From: Octopus sinensis
Taxonomy: Eukaryota
Assembly (NCBI RefSeq): GCF_006345805.1
Contig: NW_021835703.1
Span: forward strand, 1 to 38,908
Direction of reading: 5' to 3'
DNA length: 38,908 nucleotides
Part shown: positions 12,077 through 23,576 of the stretch, in pieces
Layout of the letters: each line of letters begins with the position of its first letter
Numbering within the stretch: position 1 is the stretch's first letter
Made by a program: the position numbers and the translations under genes
The notes under the pieces: model-generated
What the model was told of the DNA's origin: nothing
The model's input: the letters and a program-made list of their open reading frames with translations, nothing else
The model's database searches: none

Positions 12077-13938
12077 GCAACAACAACAAAAACAACAACA
12101 ACATCGAAAATTACTCAGGTTCGAAATGTCCCCAAGACACCTGATGAAGGCAAGAGGACATATCAGCCGTATCTTTGTGTTAACAACAAACAAAATGAGG
12201 ATAAATATCCGTCAATTGTAAATAATGTAAATAATGTACATAATTCGTCATCTCTTAAATATAGGACAGTGAATGGTAATCTTTGTTAGTTTGTATGAAA
12301 GTTTAGAATTTAAGGTTGTGATAGTGAAAATCAAAATGACGATTATGTGAGAGAAATAATTTGACTGACAGATTAGTATCGAATGTAGAGAATTGGGAGA
12401 GAAGGTAGAGTGAGGGATAGAGAGGGGAGTTAGAAGGTAATAAACATAGCAGTAGCGTTTGGGGTCAAAGTTACAAAGTTGGTATTGGGGAAGGCTGTTA
12501 TGGTTTAGAGGAATCTGGAAATGTTTGAAGTGGTGTTAGAGAAAGAATAAGATCGGTGTAGTGTTTTCTATACAGTATGTTGCTATGCTGACTATCTTAG
12601 TTTGAACTTATTTTGGGTATGGATACTTGAATTTAAGGGACTACATAGATTTAATGAAATAATAAAAGAGAAATATAACCTTTATTTCCTAGAATAAAGT
12701 ACACCAGGGAATCTATTAAATAATAAAGAGTTAAGGAGGCAAAAATAGGTTAATGGTTATGTTACACATAACTTACTGAATATGGAATATTTTGAGATTT
12801 AAGATTGTATTCTCTTTTGTATTCTATTACTCATGTGTGGATTGTCAAGTACAAATAGTCGAGAACAGAGGATATTGTTGTTATATGTAATCGTATTTCT
12901 ATTTCGATGCACAGATTTGTAAATCTAGATTACTTTTTTATGATAATAACGATATTGATTGTTTTCGAAGCCATATAATAATTAATGAAGACTATTTCAA
13001 TCAGAATTATTATGCTATTGTAGCACACAAACTCATACTCATACACACACACATATACATACAAATATAAATATATACATGTGTATAGAAATATGCATAT
13101 ATTTAAATGTATATAAGCATACCTTTAAAAATGCATTCACACATACATACATTGGCACAAAGTGAGAGAGAGAGAGTGAGTGAGAGAGAGTGAATGAGTG
13201 AGTGAGTGTGAGAGTAAGTGAGCGAGTGAGTGAGTGAGTGAGTGTACAGTCAGTAAGTCATTCAGTCATTAGGTCAGTCAGTCAGTAAGTGAATGAGTTG
13301 GTGTGAGCGATAAAAGTAGTATATTATACTTGATTTCGTTTATTCATTTAGCTGTAGGTCATATTGAAATGAAATTACTCATCTTCACATAAATATTTTA
13401 TATCACGCAGGTTCTCCAAGTTGCGATATACCTCCTCACCAACGTCGTATTCTTCATATCCTCGGCGTCAATTCCGACTCAATGTAATATACCAAACGAC
13501 TTGAAAGTTCAGTACGAGAAACTATACAATGCAGCGATCGGCAATAGCTTTTTTTTACCAGCTGAAATATCTCCAGCGGGAAGTGACCAACAAGCACTGA
13601 CCGTAGGGGATAAAACTTGCCCTACATCTTCTGTATCTACTGATATCATTCGTGAGCGTTCAACCTGCCCATGGTACCTGACAATTACCCACAATTCCAC
13701 ATATTTTCCTCCATCACGCACAGAAGTCGTGTGTCGTTGTACAGACTGTCTGGACTCTGACAGTAACCACCAATGTGTGATGGTGTATACTCCGATGACT
13801 GTCCTGAAACGTACAGCTGAATGTGTTGATGGACTGTACGTTTATAAACCAAATGTCATCGAGGTTCCTACAGCCTGTGTGTGCGCACGGAAAGTCGATG
13901 TAATATCTGGAGGAAATGACGATGAATATGAGTCGTAA
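10494..13938 (+). CDS. IL17: Interleukin-17-like cytokine B, 2 exons: join(10494..10508,13411..13938), 180 aa
   Basis: ATGAATACCACCAAC|GTAAGT at 10494-10514; acceptor TATCACGCAG ends at 13410; exon 2 is open from 13411 to TAA at 13938; IL-17 cysteine pattern. Confidence 0.92.
10850..11132 (-). mobile_element. Old tRNA-derived SINE in the IL17-B intron (same insertion as in A, C, D)
   Basis: Reverse complement of the SINE at 4250-4520, with matching intronic flanks. Confidence 0.75.
11934..12075 (+). mobile_element. Short tRNA-like SINE remnant with (TAA)n tail
   Basis: A-box-like TGGTAATTAGAG and B-box-like GGTCGATTCC followed by (TAA)n. A paralogous copy lies on the minus strand at ~32150-32215. 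Confidence 0.5.
12105..12280 (+). repeat. Repeat remnant with a degenerate hammerhead-like motif (12136-12181); paralog on minus strand at ~31175-31355
   Basis: GACAC-CTGATGA-AGGC..GCC-GTAT(C)..GTGTT; the GAAA core is mutated. Confidence 0.45.
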
Positions 13939-16900
13939 TATCGGCCAACATCATCAAACATTCAATTGTGTGTAACACAAGTAGTTTTCATAATGTTATG
14001 GAAGTTTACGTAAACCACTGTGTGGTTGTTATAAGAAACACATACGAAACATGCACACACACAAAATATCATTCAAGCGTACATATTTAAATGCGTGCTC
14101 TCTCACTATTTCCTTCTTTCTCTCACTCATTTTCTCTCTGTGTTTATACATAGACACCATACACATTTCTACACACGCTCACATACATATAAATATAAAT
14201 ATATACATTTCTATAGAAATATGCATACATTTAGAAGTATATAATCATACATTTAAAAATTCATTAATACATATATACATTGGCAAAAACAGTTTTGTTT
14301 CGTAACAGCTGTTTCGTAAATGAGATATATTTCTTGCAAATTATTTGGTTTTTCTATTTTGCTTACTATTATATTTATATTATCTATCATATTTAAATTA
14401 TGTTGCTTACTATCATATTTAAATCATTATTAACATTTCCCTTTTTTTAACCTAAACCTATATCAAGATTCTTTTTATATACATATTTTATACCGATAAA
14501 TGTTGTTGAATGCATTTACATATACGCCACATGTTTCCAACGTAAAATTTAATTACATAAATGTGAGGAAGTTTACAGCAGTTTCATAAATTTCTTCATG
14601 TATTAATTTAACTATGCAGCGATTTATACTTACATGTTTTCCTTCATATCATTGCTCATCTTTTACAAAACAATTTTATATTCACAAATTAATTCAAATA
14701 AAGAAAGCTAGTGTCCGCCGATATTTGACATAACACTACGTTGTAATTGATGATCATGTGAGCTAATAGAGATTACTGTGATAGCCGCAAGATTCTCTGT
14801 ATCCCTATCCATATTATATAGTTACTTAAACGCTAGTACTCAGTCCACCACTAAATTCTCACAAATAACAATGTTAACGTAATATTTACATAAATATCTA
14901 ATTCTAACAGTTATATACATTTGAAATGCAATATATATATATAAGCATTTTTGTATATATTTTAACATAATTTCATATATGTATGTTAGCAAATGTAGGT
15001 GTGAGTGTCTGTGTGTATGTGTATTTGCCAGCACACATACTCATTCACACACGCACACACAAACACACGCACACCACACACACACACACACAAACACACA
15101 AACACACACTCACGCACATACACAAACACACACACACATATATATATATATGTCATTATAACTGAAAAATAATTTTCTAAAGATATATTATTTAATTTTT
15201 TTCTATGTATATACTTACAATTATATTTATTATCCGTAGAATGATTGCAAAACTGTTTAAATATTATTTTCTGTTGCTTTTCCATAATGCAAAACATATG
15301 TTAATTTGTATCATATATCTATTTTATTTTAAAATAAATTGTATTTAAATATCAATAAAAAATGTTTTTCAATACATAACGTGTCCTTTCTTATTTCCAT
15401 ATTTTTATTCTCTGACTTGAATAAAAACTGTAAATCTCCACTCACTTGCTGCATTGGCAGCTGAACACGAATAAATACACTAAACCCTCAATATATGCAG
15501 TTAACTTTAGTTTTCCTACTACACACTGGAAAGAAAAGCACTTTCGAGATAACACTATCTCCGTTTATACAGTTTGACCTCGTCTCTGTGCCTATGAACA
15601 TTTAATCCAGGTATAAATTTCGCGGTATTACCTCACTCGTACGACACACTATATATTCATCTGTGATACGAAAGAGTTAAGTCAAGAATCGAAGAAATAC
15701 ACGAAAAATAGTTTTGAATTTGCTTAACGTGTTACGAAACAATACTTCAGGAAGGCTAAAAACCAATGAAAAATCTCAGAATACACATATTTCAGATTAT
15801 TTTATCCACGTATGTTAAGGAATAATGCCGTGATTTACCTTCTAACTACAAAAAAATGAATTTAAAAGTTCAGATGATATTTGACAACATGGAAATTTGG
15901 AAACTGAAATAAGCACCAAAGAATCCCATGAAACACGCCAAATAAAGTTTAGTTCCAGGACCTAAATTTTTCCCGCAAACAAAGTAAGCAAATCCTTCGT
16001 AAGCCAATCCCTTTATGGAAGGTAAACTTAGTGATTTGCGTGTTATAAATCAAATACATTAACAAAGAAATCAAATGGCTCGAGAAAACGGGGCACTGGT
16101 TGTCTGCTGGAACTGCAGGTGACGAGTTGGACAGTTCGTGTTTTTATTGTGCTCCTGCAATGCGATGCATAGGTTGTCTGAATGAGGGTAGTAAGTGTAG
16201 AACTTGAGATGCCCTTCGGAGTTGTTCGCCCGTTTGGTGTCTCACCTGACACTTAGCTCCCGCCCATGCATCCACAAAAATGTCTGCATATAACAGTTGT
16301 CACACCTCGGGCAAGACTTCATAGGCCGTCCAAAGCATTGTGTATATAGCCGACAACTTCGAATCTTGCTGTGAGCTAGAGCTTGTCAACTTATGCATGT
16401 GAAGACTGGATTCGGTGGAGAGTATAGAAGCTATATTGATAGCGCATAACTCAATCGTAATAAATATTCTTATTTTCATATCAAATTAATTGCATACCGA
16501 CGAACTTCAAGCCGTATTTCCACTGAACAAAGTAAAGTGGCTACTCCAATGATCTGTACCTTTTAAATATGATACAGTTTTTAACACAGCTTCAAATATT
16601 TCACCGTCAAATCCACCTTACCAAGCTATAATTGCTATTCGAAGGGACACAACTCTTATCTATCAACCCTGCATGCTTTCAAATCGTTTTATTATGTTTA
16701 TTTCTCTCGATACTATGTTTCTCCTGTACCTTCTTGCAATTTCTCAGACAAGTCTCATTGCGTTACTGCTTGATCGGTTACAAGATGATATACAGGATGC
16801 AATGCAAGATCGTCCGACTTTCGCAATGTCAGAAGAATGGTACTTAGAGTAGCTTACATTTAAATCCTTTGCATGTTAAACGATATTTAACTCATTCTCG

Positions 16901-16964
16901 ATGGAGTACCTTTTATTAACACACCTATAACAGATCTGCATAACATATAATAAGAGTTTTTGTG

Positions 16965-17310
16965 TGTGCCATGGCTCTGTGGTAAGAAGCTTGCAGAAGG
17001 GAGCGAGCGGGCAGAAACGTTAGCACGCCGGGAGAAATATATTTAAGTTCTGAGTTCAGATTCCACCGATGTCGACTCTGCCTTTTATCTTTTCGGGCTC
17101 AATAAATTAAGTTGCGTCCTGGGGTCGATCTAATCGACTGGCTCCCTCCCACAAAATTTCAGGCCTTGTGCCAAGAGCAGAAAAGAATCTTACTTCCCAA
17201 CCACCTGGTGTTGACATCCCCGTAACGTAGCGTTCCGACAAAAGAGAACGTTAGAAAACGTACTACACTTAGAAAATATGTTCTGGGCTCGATTTGTTTA
17301 ACTACAAGCC
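16965..17310 (+). mobile_element. Nested SINEs: one tRNA-derived SINE (~16995-17190) inserted into another
   Basis: Outer GGCTCTGTGGTAAGAAGCTTGC resumes as ACTTCCCAACCAC at ~17192. The inner element has GGCAGAAACGTTAGCAC and a B-box-like GAGTTCAGATTCC. Confidence 0.55.
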
Positions 17311-17325
17311 TCCAATCTATATATA

Positions 17326-17382
<57 letters not shown>

Positions 17383-18228
17383 AATGTTTATGTATATTTA
17401 AGTATTTACATTTATTCGGTGATGAGAATGCGGCCATGCCGTGACCCCGCATTCAGGAGGTGAGTGAATTAACACCAGTCTGTTTTTCAAAGCTTGGCAC
17501 TTATCCCAACGAACATTTTTGCGGCAGTGCTAAGTTGCTGAATGTAAACATAACAGCACAATTAAGATAGAACTTGAAATACGCACAACGCGCACTGACA
17601 CATTCACATATATATATATATGTGTTGTGTGTTATGTGTGTATGTGTGTGTGTGTTGTATGTGTGTTGTATGTGAGTGTGTGTGTTGTATGTGTGTGTGT
17701 GTGTGTGTGTTGTATGTGTGTGTGTGTGTGTGTGTGTATTTGCTTTTGTAAATGTGTGCATACACATTTACACAAAAAAACATTCACATTAGCGACGACA
17801 ACTGCTTAATCTCCCAAGCTGACCTGTCATATCTATCGACATTTCTTTCTTCCTTATCGCAAACTTTGTTGCAAGCTGACCATGACAAAGCGTCGTTTGC
17901 TTTCTTTCTCATTTAACACTATGTTTGGTTTCCTATTCTCTATCTTATAGTCACACTGAATTGTAAAATACCATAGGAATTTGCATTATCATTTTTTTTT
18001 CATGATGCCTTCAGATTTATGTTCCTACCACCTTTTTGCTCTGTCAGGTGCTTACTCGTTGCAAAGTGTCCAACGCACAATCCTTGCTATATTGTCATGA
18101 CGTCTCTTTTTTTTTTTCTGGGTTAGTGGGGTACATTAACGGGTAATATGGTATACGGTTTCACCATTTTGTCCACAAATTCTGCACCTATCACTTTCTG
18201 ATGTGTTGTCTACTCTATATTTGATGTA

Positions 18229-19520
18229 CGAGGGGCGTTCAATAAGTAATGCCCCTGACCCACATCCCATAGCAGTAGAGTAACGAAACTTGGCACAGTT
18301 ATTAGTCTTTTTCTACATAGAAACCACCCAGAGTTACGCATTTCTCCCATCGTTTGATGCAGCCCTGGAGACCGTTTTTGTAGAAGACCCCAGCTTGGTC
18401 CTCTAACCACGACGTGACTTCAGAAGTCAAGGCTGCATCATCTGGAAAACGCTTTCCTTTCAAAAACAACTTCATGGCTGGGAAGAGGTGAAAATCAGAG
18501 GGTGCAAGGTCAAGAGAGTAGGGAGGATGGGGGAGGAGTTCATAGCCGCACGCCTGTGCTTCTGATTTGGCGACACACGAGTTGTGGACCGGAGCGTTGT
18601 CGTGCAGTAGGAGGATGCCTTTGCTGATCTTGCCCCGCCTCTTGATTTTGATAGCTTCTCTTAATTTCCTCAAAAGTGAAGCATAATAGGCTCCTGTAAT
18701 TGTGGTACCCTTTGCCAGGAAATCTGTCATCACTACTCCGTCCTGATCCCAGAAGACTGTGAGCATGACCTTGCCAGCGGAGGGCTGCACCCTTGCCTTC
18801 TTTGGAGGAGGTGAGTCACGGTGCTTCCACTGCATTCACTGGGCTTTGGTCTCTGCATCATAGTAATGGACCCAGGTTTCATCCTGTGTAATCAGTCTTT
18901 TGAAAATTTTGACTCATCTTCTTGGCACATCTCCAAATTCATCCTCGAGCACTCGACGCGTTCTTGCTTCTGGAAAGGTTTCAGCAACCTGGGAATCCAT
19001 CTGGCAGACACCTTTTGCATATGCAAATGGTCATGAATGATAGTTTCCACAGACCCGGTACTAACCTTGACCTCATGGGCTATTTAGCTAATAGTTATGC
19101 GTCGATCTTCCAAAATGGCAGCATCAACTTGACGGACAGATGCCTCATCAATGGCAGAAGGGGGGCGACCAGATCTGGGTGCTGTTTCCACAGAGTTCCG
19201 ACCATGTTTGAATTCACGATGCCAGCGTTTTACAAGGTCATGTGATGGGGCATCATCACCATAAGTTACTTTCATTTCATCAAAAGTCTCCCGTGGTGTG
19301 CGTCCTTTCAAATATAAAAACTGGATCACTGCTCGACACTCAACAGACTCCATTTCACACTTGACTCAGTTCAAACACCTGTAAATCAGAAACTACAATG
19401 ATTTCAGAGCTGTAATTTGCCACTTAATCTATAGGGATATAAATACTTGCACATGCAAAATTTCAGCTAGATCAAACCATTGCAAGTGGGTCAGGGACAT
19501 TACTTATTGAACGTTAATCG
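18229..19520 (-). mobile_element. Full-length mariner transposon (DD34D), 1292 bp, transposase pseudogene
   Basis: 35-bp TIRs at 18229-18263 and 19486-19520 (5 mismatches), TA on both sides. ORF 19353->18302 carries WIPRLL, QDETW, HDNA-x34-D and YSLDLAPSD. Lesions: TAA at 19084-19086, 1-bp frameshift ~18905, TGA at 18836-18838. Confidence 0.95.
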
Positions 19521-19599
19521 TAATTGGTATTTCATGCTTGCTCGCGGGCAGCGCAGATTAAGACCACCGTTTCTGGGTTTAAATCGACTTTAGTGATTC

Positions 19600-20290
19600 A
19601 TAACAATCTTCATTTTTTTTCTGCCTGTTTTATCTTCAACATCTCTATCAAAATGTCCATGCATTCTCCTTTAGCCACGAATTTTCAGTTTCATTCATTC
19701 TCAAGTGCTTGAACAGTGCTTTATCTTTGCAATCTTCCATCCTAAACAAGCGTAACCTTCCTACTTCCAATAATAGCGGTTCTGTGGCTTTTTTTGCATA
19801 CAACGCTATAATGTTTTCTTCTGCTCTAATGCTGTCTTCGTATTCAATCAGTCCACTTCCCGCTCTTTTTAATGGTACATACAGTCTGCTTGTGTCACTT
19901 TCTGGGTGGAGTAACCCATATCTAATCAGCAACTTACTTGTTTTTCTCTCTAAGCTGTTTAGTTCGTCTACTTTCTATGCGATTAAGCCCGTTCCATATC
20001 CAAAGACTGACACCGCCCAGGTTTTGATAGTTTCAATCGTATTTCAACTGCTTAATTTTGACTTAAGGATCAGTCTTAGTCTGTGCAAGTACTCCACCTT
20101 AAATTGTCCTGTCGTTTCTTCCTCCACCAATTTATCCATTTCCAATATCCCCAAGTACATATAGCCTGTGTCTTCTATTAGCTTCAATACCTCCCCCGAT
20201 GGTATCTCTAGCTCGTCCATACACAGATGCGTTAGTCTCTTCAAGACGAACACACTTCATTCCATTCTGATATCAGCACTGAAGATATAC
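19600..20290 (-). mobile_element. Degenerate non-LTR retrotransposon fragment (R4/Dong-like RT C-terminal region)
   Basis: GYMYLGILE..EYLHRLRLILKSKL..NTIETIKTWAVSV..RKTSKLL..LHPESDTSRLYVPLKRAGSGL..ED resembles R4-clade RT thumb motifs. Confidence 0.7.
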
Positions 20291-20495
20291 ACCATATCAA
20301 AGAGGGTACTGACTTGGGATTTACACTTTTCAAAGACCTTCTTAACATTTTCTCATCATGATCAAAGACTGCATAACTGGATTTAAATATAATTATGATA
20401 ACCAATTTTAACACATCAAAGCTTATACAAAGTTTTATATTTTACTTTTGATAATCTTTTTTTGAAAATGTGAAACCGGTCAAGTCAATATATGA

Positions 20496-20533
<38 letters not shown>

Positions 20534-20659
20534 TCAAAGAGATTATAGCTATTTCTTCTACTAAAAGGGAGATCACAGTAAAGACACAGCACCTGAAAGG
20601 CAAACACAAACAGGTAAGAGGCATGAATTAACGGCAATCTATCATACAGTTTTAAGTCA

Positions 20660-20751
20660 CCTACGGACGTACGTTTCGAGATCAAGTCTTAGGAAAGCAT
20701 AAGAATTAGATAACTCTACCTTACCCAGACTTCTTCTTTCATCAGCGCAGG
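20660..20751 (-). ncRNA. Type I hammerhead ribozyme (inverted copy)
   Basis: Reverse complement of 21162-21253. Confidence 0.75.
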
Positions 20752-21161
20752 ATACAAACAATCATGAATGATTGAATATTGAATTTTGAGATACTAGAAG
20801 GCACCAACTCAACTCAGTATCAGAGCGAGCTAGAAGCCACAGCTAGTATCACCAAATTCAAAGTATGAATGAAAGCTTGTGTCACCAGTCCCTTCCCACC
20901 CGCGTGTAGCCAAGACAAAGTGCTGTGGTCATTTACTGGGATGAATATGGTTATGAGTAACAATGAAGGGTGAAATTAATTAATTTGGAATAATTATCAA
21001 TTACACCAAGTAGTCTTCGGCATGTAAAAGCCTCATTCGAGGAAAATTTAAGTAATACTAAGCAATTAAGGGTTTAGCAACGAATTGCCTCACCACACAC
21101 CGAATTTAGAAATAGCAGTCATCTCAAAATTCAATATTCAATCATTCATGATTGTTTGTAT

Positions 21162-21253
21162 CCTGCGCTGATGAAAGAAGAAGTCTGGGTAAGGTAGAGT
21201 TATCTAATTCTTATGCTTTCCTAAGACTTGATCTCGAAACGTACGTCCGTAGG
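21162..21253 (+). ncRNA. Type I hammerhead ribozyme with long stem II and palindromic stem III
   Basis: Stem I CCTGCG/CGTAGG; CTGATGA (21168-21174); stem II including AAGTCT/AGACTT; GAAA (21236-21239); stem III AC-GTAC-GT; GUC cleavage after 21247. Confidence 0.78.
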
Positions 21254-21457
21254 TGACTTAAAACTGTATGATAGATTGCCGTTAATTCATGCTCTCTTAC
21301 CTGTTTGTGTTTGCCTTTCAGGTGCTGTGTCTTTACTGTGATCTCCCTTTTAGTAGAAGAAATAGCTATAATCTCTTTGACTGCTATTTCTAAATTCGGT
21401 GTGTGGTGAGGCAATTCGTTGCTAAACCCTTAATTGCTTAGTATATATATATATATA

Positions 21458-23378
21458 TAAGAAAATAGTAAAGTGTGAAAAAACGACAGAAGGCTTAAAT
21501 GTTAAAAAATATATATATTTGTGTCAAAATGTCTGGAGAATATTGGAAAAATTTTTTTTTTTTTTTTTTTTTTTTCCTTTCCTTAAAATGACATCATTTA
21601 AAAAATTTTTAAAGAAATTACCGGTTTCGCGTGTAGCTTTTCAAATTTCTTGTGACGTTATGTTTATATTGCATGGAATTATCGTTGTTTTATTTCCAGG
21701 AGATTTCTAAATAAGGGGAGGTAGTGAGTGATTTTTTCCGGTGTAGGGGAGATAATCGCTTAAAAATTTTTTTTCCCTTTTCCTTGTTAATTTCTCTGTG
21801 TCAGTATGTTCGGATGGTTGAGTCTGGGTTTGTACTTTTCAATGAAGAATGTTTCCTTGTTGAATATTTCCATGTATCCAATGGGATACATGGAAATAAT
21901 CATTTACCAGGAATCTCTATCAATCTTTGGAAACTCCCTCTCTCAATACATAAAAGAAAATTGGAAACGATTCCTAGACGATTGTTTCATTCTCTGGAAT
22001 GAAAACATAGATAAACTCCTAAAATTTAAAAACCTATTGAACAGCATAAACCCAAATATGCAGTTCACAATGGAATACAACCAAAAGGAGCTCCCGGTCT
22101 TGGATATACTAATTAAAAAAATTAACCTTAAAATAGAAACAGACATTTTTTACAAAGCCACAGACGCCAAACAATACCTTCTTTTTAATTCATGCCACCC
22201 AAGACACACTAAAACAAACATCCCCTTCAACCTTGCAAGAAGGATATGCACAATAGTGTCAGAACAAAATACCAGGAACTTTAGACTGCAAGAACTCAAA
22301 AACACCCTAATTGACAGACATTACCCAGCTCAACTCATAGAGGATGGGATCAGACGTGCAACAGAAATCAACATAGAAACTTTAAGAAAAGTTCAACACA
22401 ACACACCTTCCCCGAAAATACTACCTTACATATCTACATACAACCCCAGAAACAAAGAAGCCTTCACCATCATCACCCAGAATTTACCAATACTTCATAA
22501 AAACCCAAAATTAAAGGAAATTCTAAACATACACCAAATCATTAAAAGCTACAAACAGCCTAAATCACTTAAAAAGATTCTCACAAAGGCAAAATTGTCT
22601 TCTAAAATTACGGATGCAAAAGTAAAAAAATGTGGTAGATCGAACTGTGCAACATGTCCTAACCTATTGGAAGGATCAGAATTCTTCTTTAAAGAGGGAC
22701 AGAATTTAAGATCAAATCTAACTTTACTTGTGCCTCTGAAAACATAATTTATGTTATTAAATGCTCGGGCTGCCACCAAGACTACGTGGGTTCCACGGGA
22801 CTATCACTCAGGCGCAGATGCACACTGCATCGACAACAGATTGCATTCCCAGAATATAGAATGATACCTTTTAGTGAGCACATTGAGAAATGCGCAAAGC
22901 AACTACTGCCACAATTTTTAATCTTCCCATTTTATCAATGTGCTTTCGGATCATCAACACAAATGAGACTGAACAAGGAAACATTCTTCATTGAAAAGTA
23001 CAAACCCAGACTCAACCATCCGAACATACTGACACAGAGAAATTAACAAGGAAAAGGGAAAAAAAATTTTTAAGCGATTATCTCCCCTACACCGGAAAAA
23101 ATCACTCACTACCTCCCCTTATTTAGAAATCTCCTGGAAATAAAAACAACGATAATTCCATGCAATATAAACATAACGTCACAAGAAATTTGAAAAGCTA
23201 CACGCGAAACCGGTAATTTCTTTTAAAATTTTTTAAATTATGTCATTTTAAGGAAAGGAAAAAAAAAAAAAAAAAAAAAAAAAATTTTTCCAATATTCTC
23301 CAGACATTTTGACACAAATATATATATTTTTTAACATTTAAGCCTTCTGTCGTTTTTTCACACTTTACTATTTTCTTA
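21458..23378 (+). mobile_element. 5'-truncated Neptune-type Penelope-like retroelement (RT + GIY-YIG) with inverted terminal repeat
   Basis: RT motif RFLDDCF, FLD-like VLDILI, thumb SCHPRHTK, linker CGRSNCATC; after one frameshift (~22700) NIIYVIKCSGCHQDYVG..RRR..H..H..KETFFI..PRLN. 21458-21861 is an inverted copy of 22972-23378. Confidence 0.92.
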
Positions 23379-23416
23379 TATATTCACCCACGTTCTTTAC
23401 CAAACAAACTTTCTTA

Positions 23417-23450
<34 letters not shown>

Positions 23451-23453
<3 letters not shown>

Positions 23454-23575
23454 CACGTGATCATGTGACCGACCAGACCATCAGATGTTGTTACACATCG
23501 CTGGTCACAATGCGTTCGCAATGTTTTAGCCTTCAAATGACGCCACCCCGCTGGCTAAGCGAGCAGGCCAACAGA
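23451..23575 (-). mobile_element. 3' tail fragment of an RTE-related LINE or SINE
   Basis: Reverse complement TGTGACCAGCGATGTG..GGTCGGTCACATGATCACGTGAT resembles the 3' end of the RTE at 26387-26448. Confidence 0.5.
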
Positions 23576-23576
23576 A

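Larger units (their letters stand above)
9950..16050 (+). repeat. Duplicated arm 2 (IL17 gene B with flanks); inverted relative to arm 1 and to arm 3 (~27400-34545)
   Basis: The reverse complement of 15480-16030 aligns with ~27400-27960, and 10030-10900 aligns directly with 36830-37700. Confidence 0.9.
20532..21443. mobile_element. Non-coding hammerhead-bearing element: ~590-nt unit on minus strand (21120->20532) plus inverted partial copy (21121-21443)
   Basis: 20532-20792 is the reverse complement of 21121-21382, and 21057-21120 is the reverse complement of 21379-21443. No convincing ORF. Flanked by (TA)n. Confidence 0.8.

Noticed and set aside
11883-12193. Poly-Leu/poly-Tyr ORFs, and poly-Met/Ile at 31174-31461
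   Set aside because: These are trinucleotide microsatellites (TAA, CAA, CAT, CCT).
13940-14720. AU-rich instability elements in the IL17 3'UTR
   Set aside because: ATTTA pentamers occur but are expected at this AT content, and the transcript end is unknown.
21806-22747. 313-aa ORF as an intact host gene
   Set aside because: Its N-terminus comes from the inverted terminal repeat and a hairpin. The RT is 5'-truncated and frameshifted before the nuclease.
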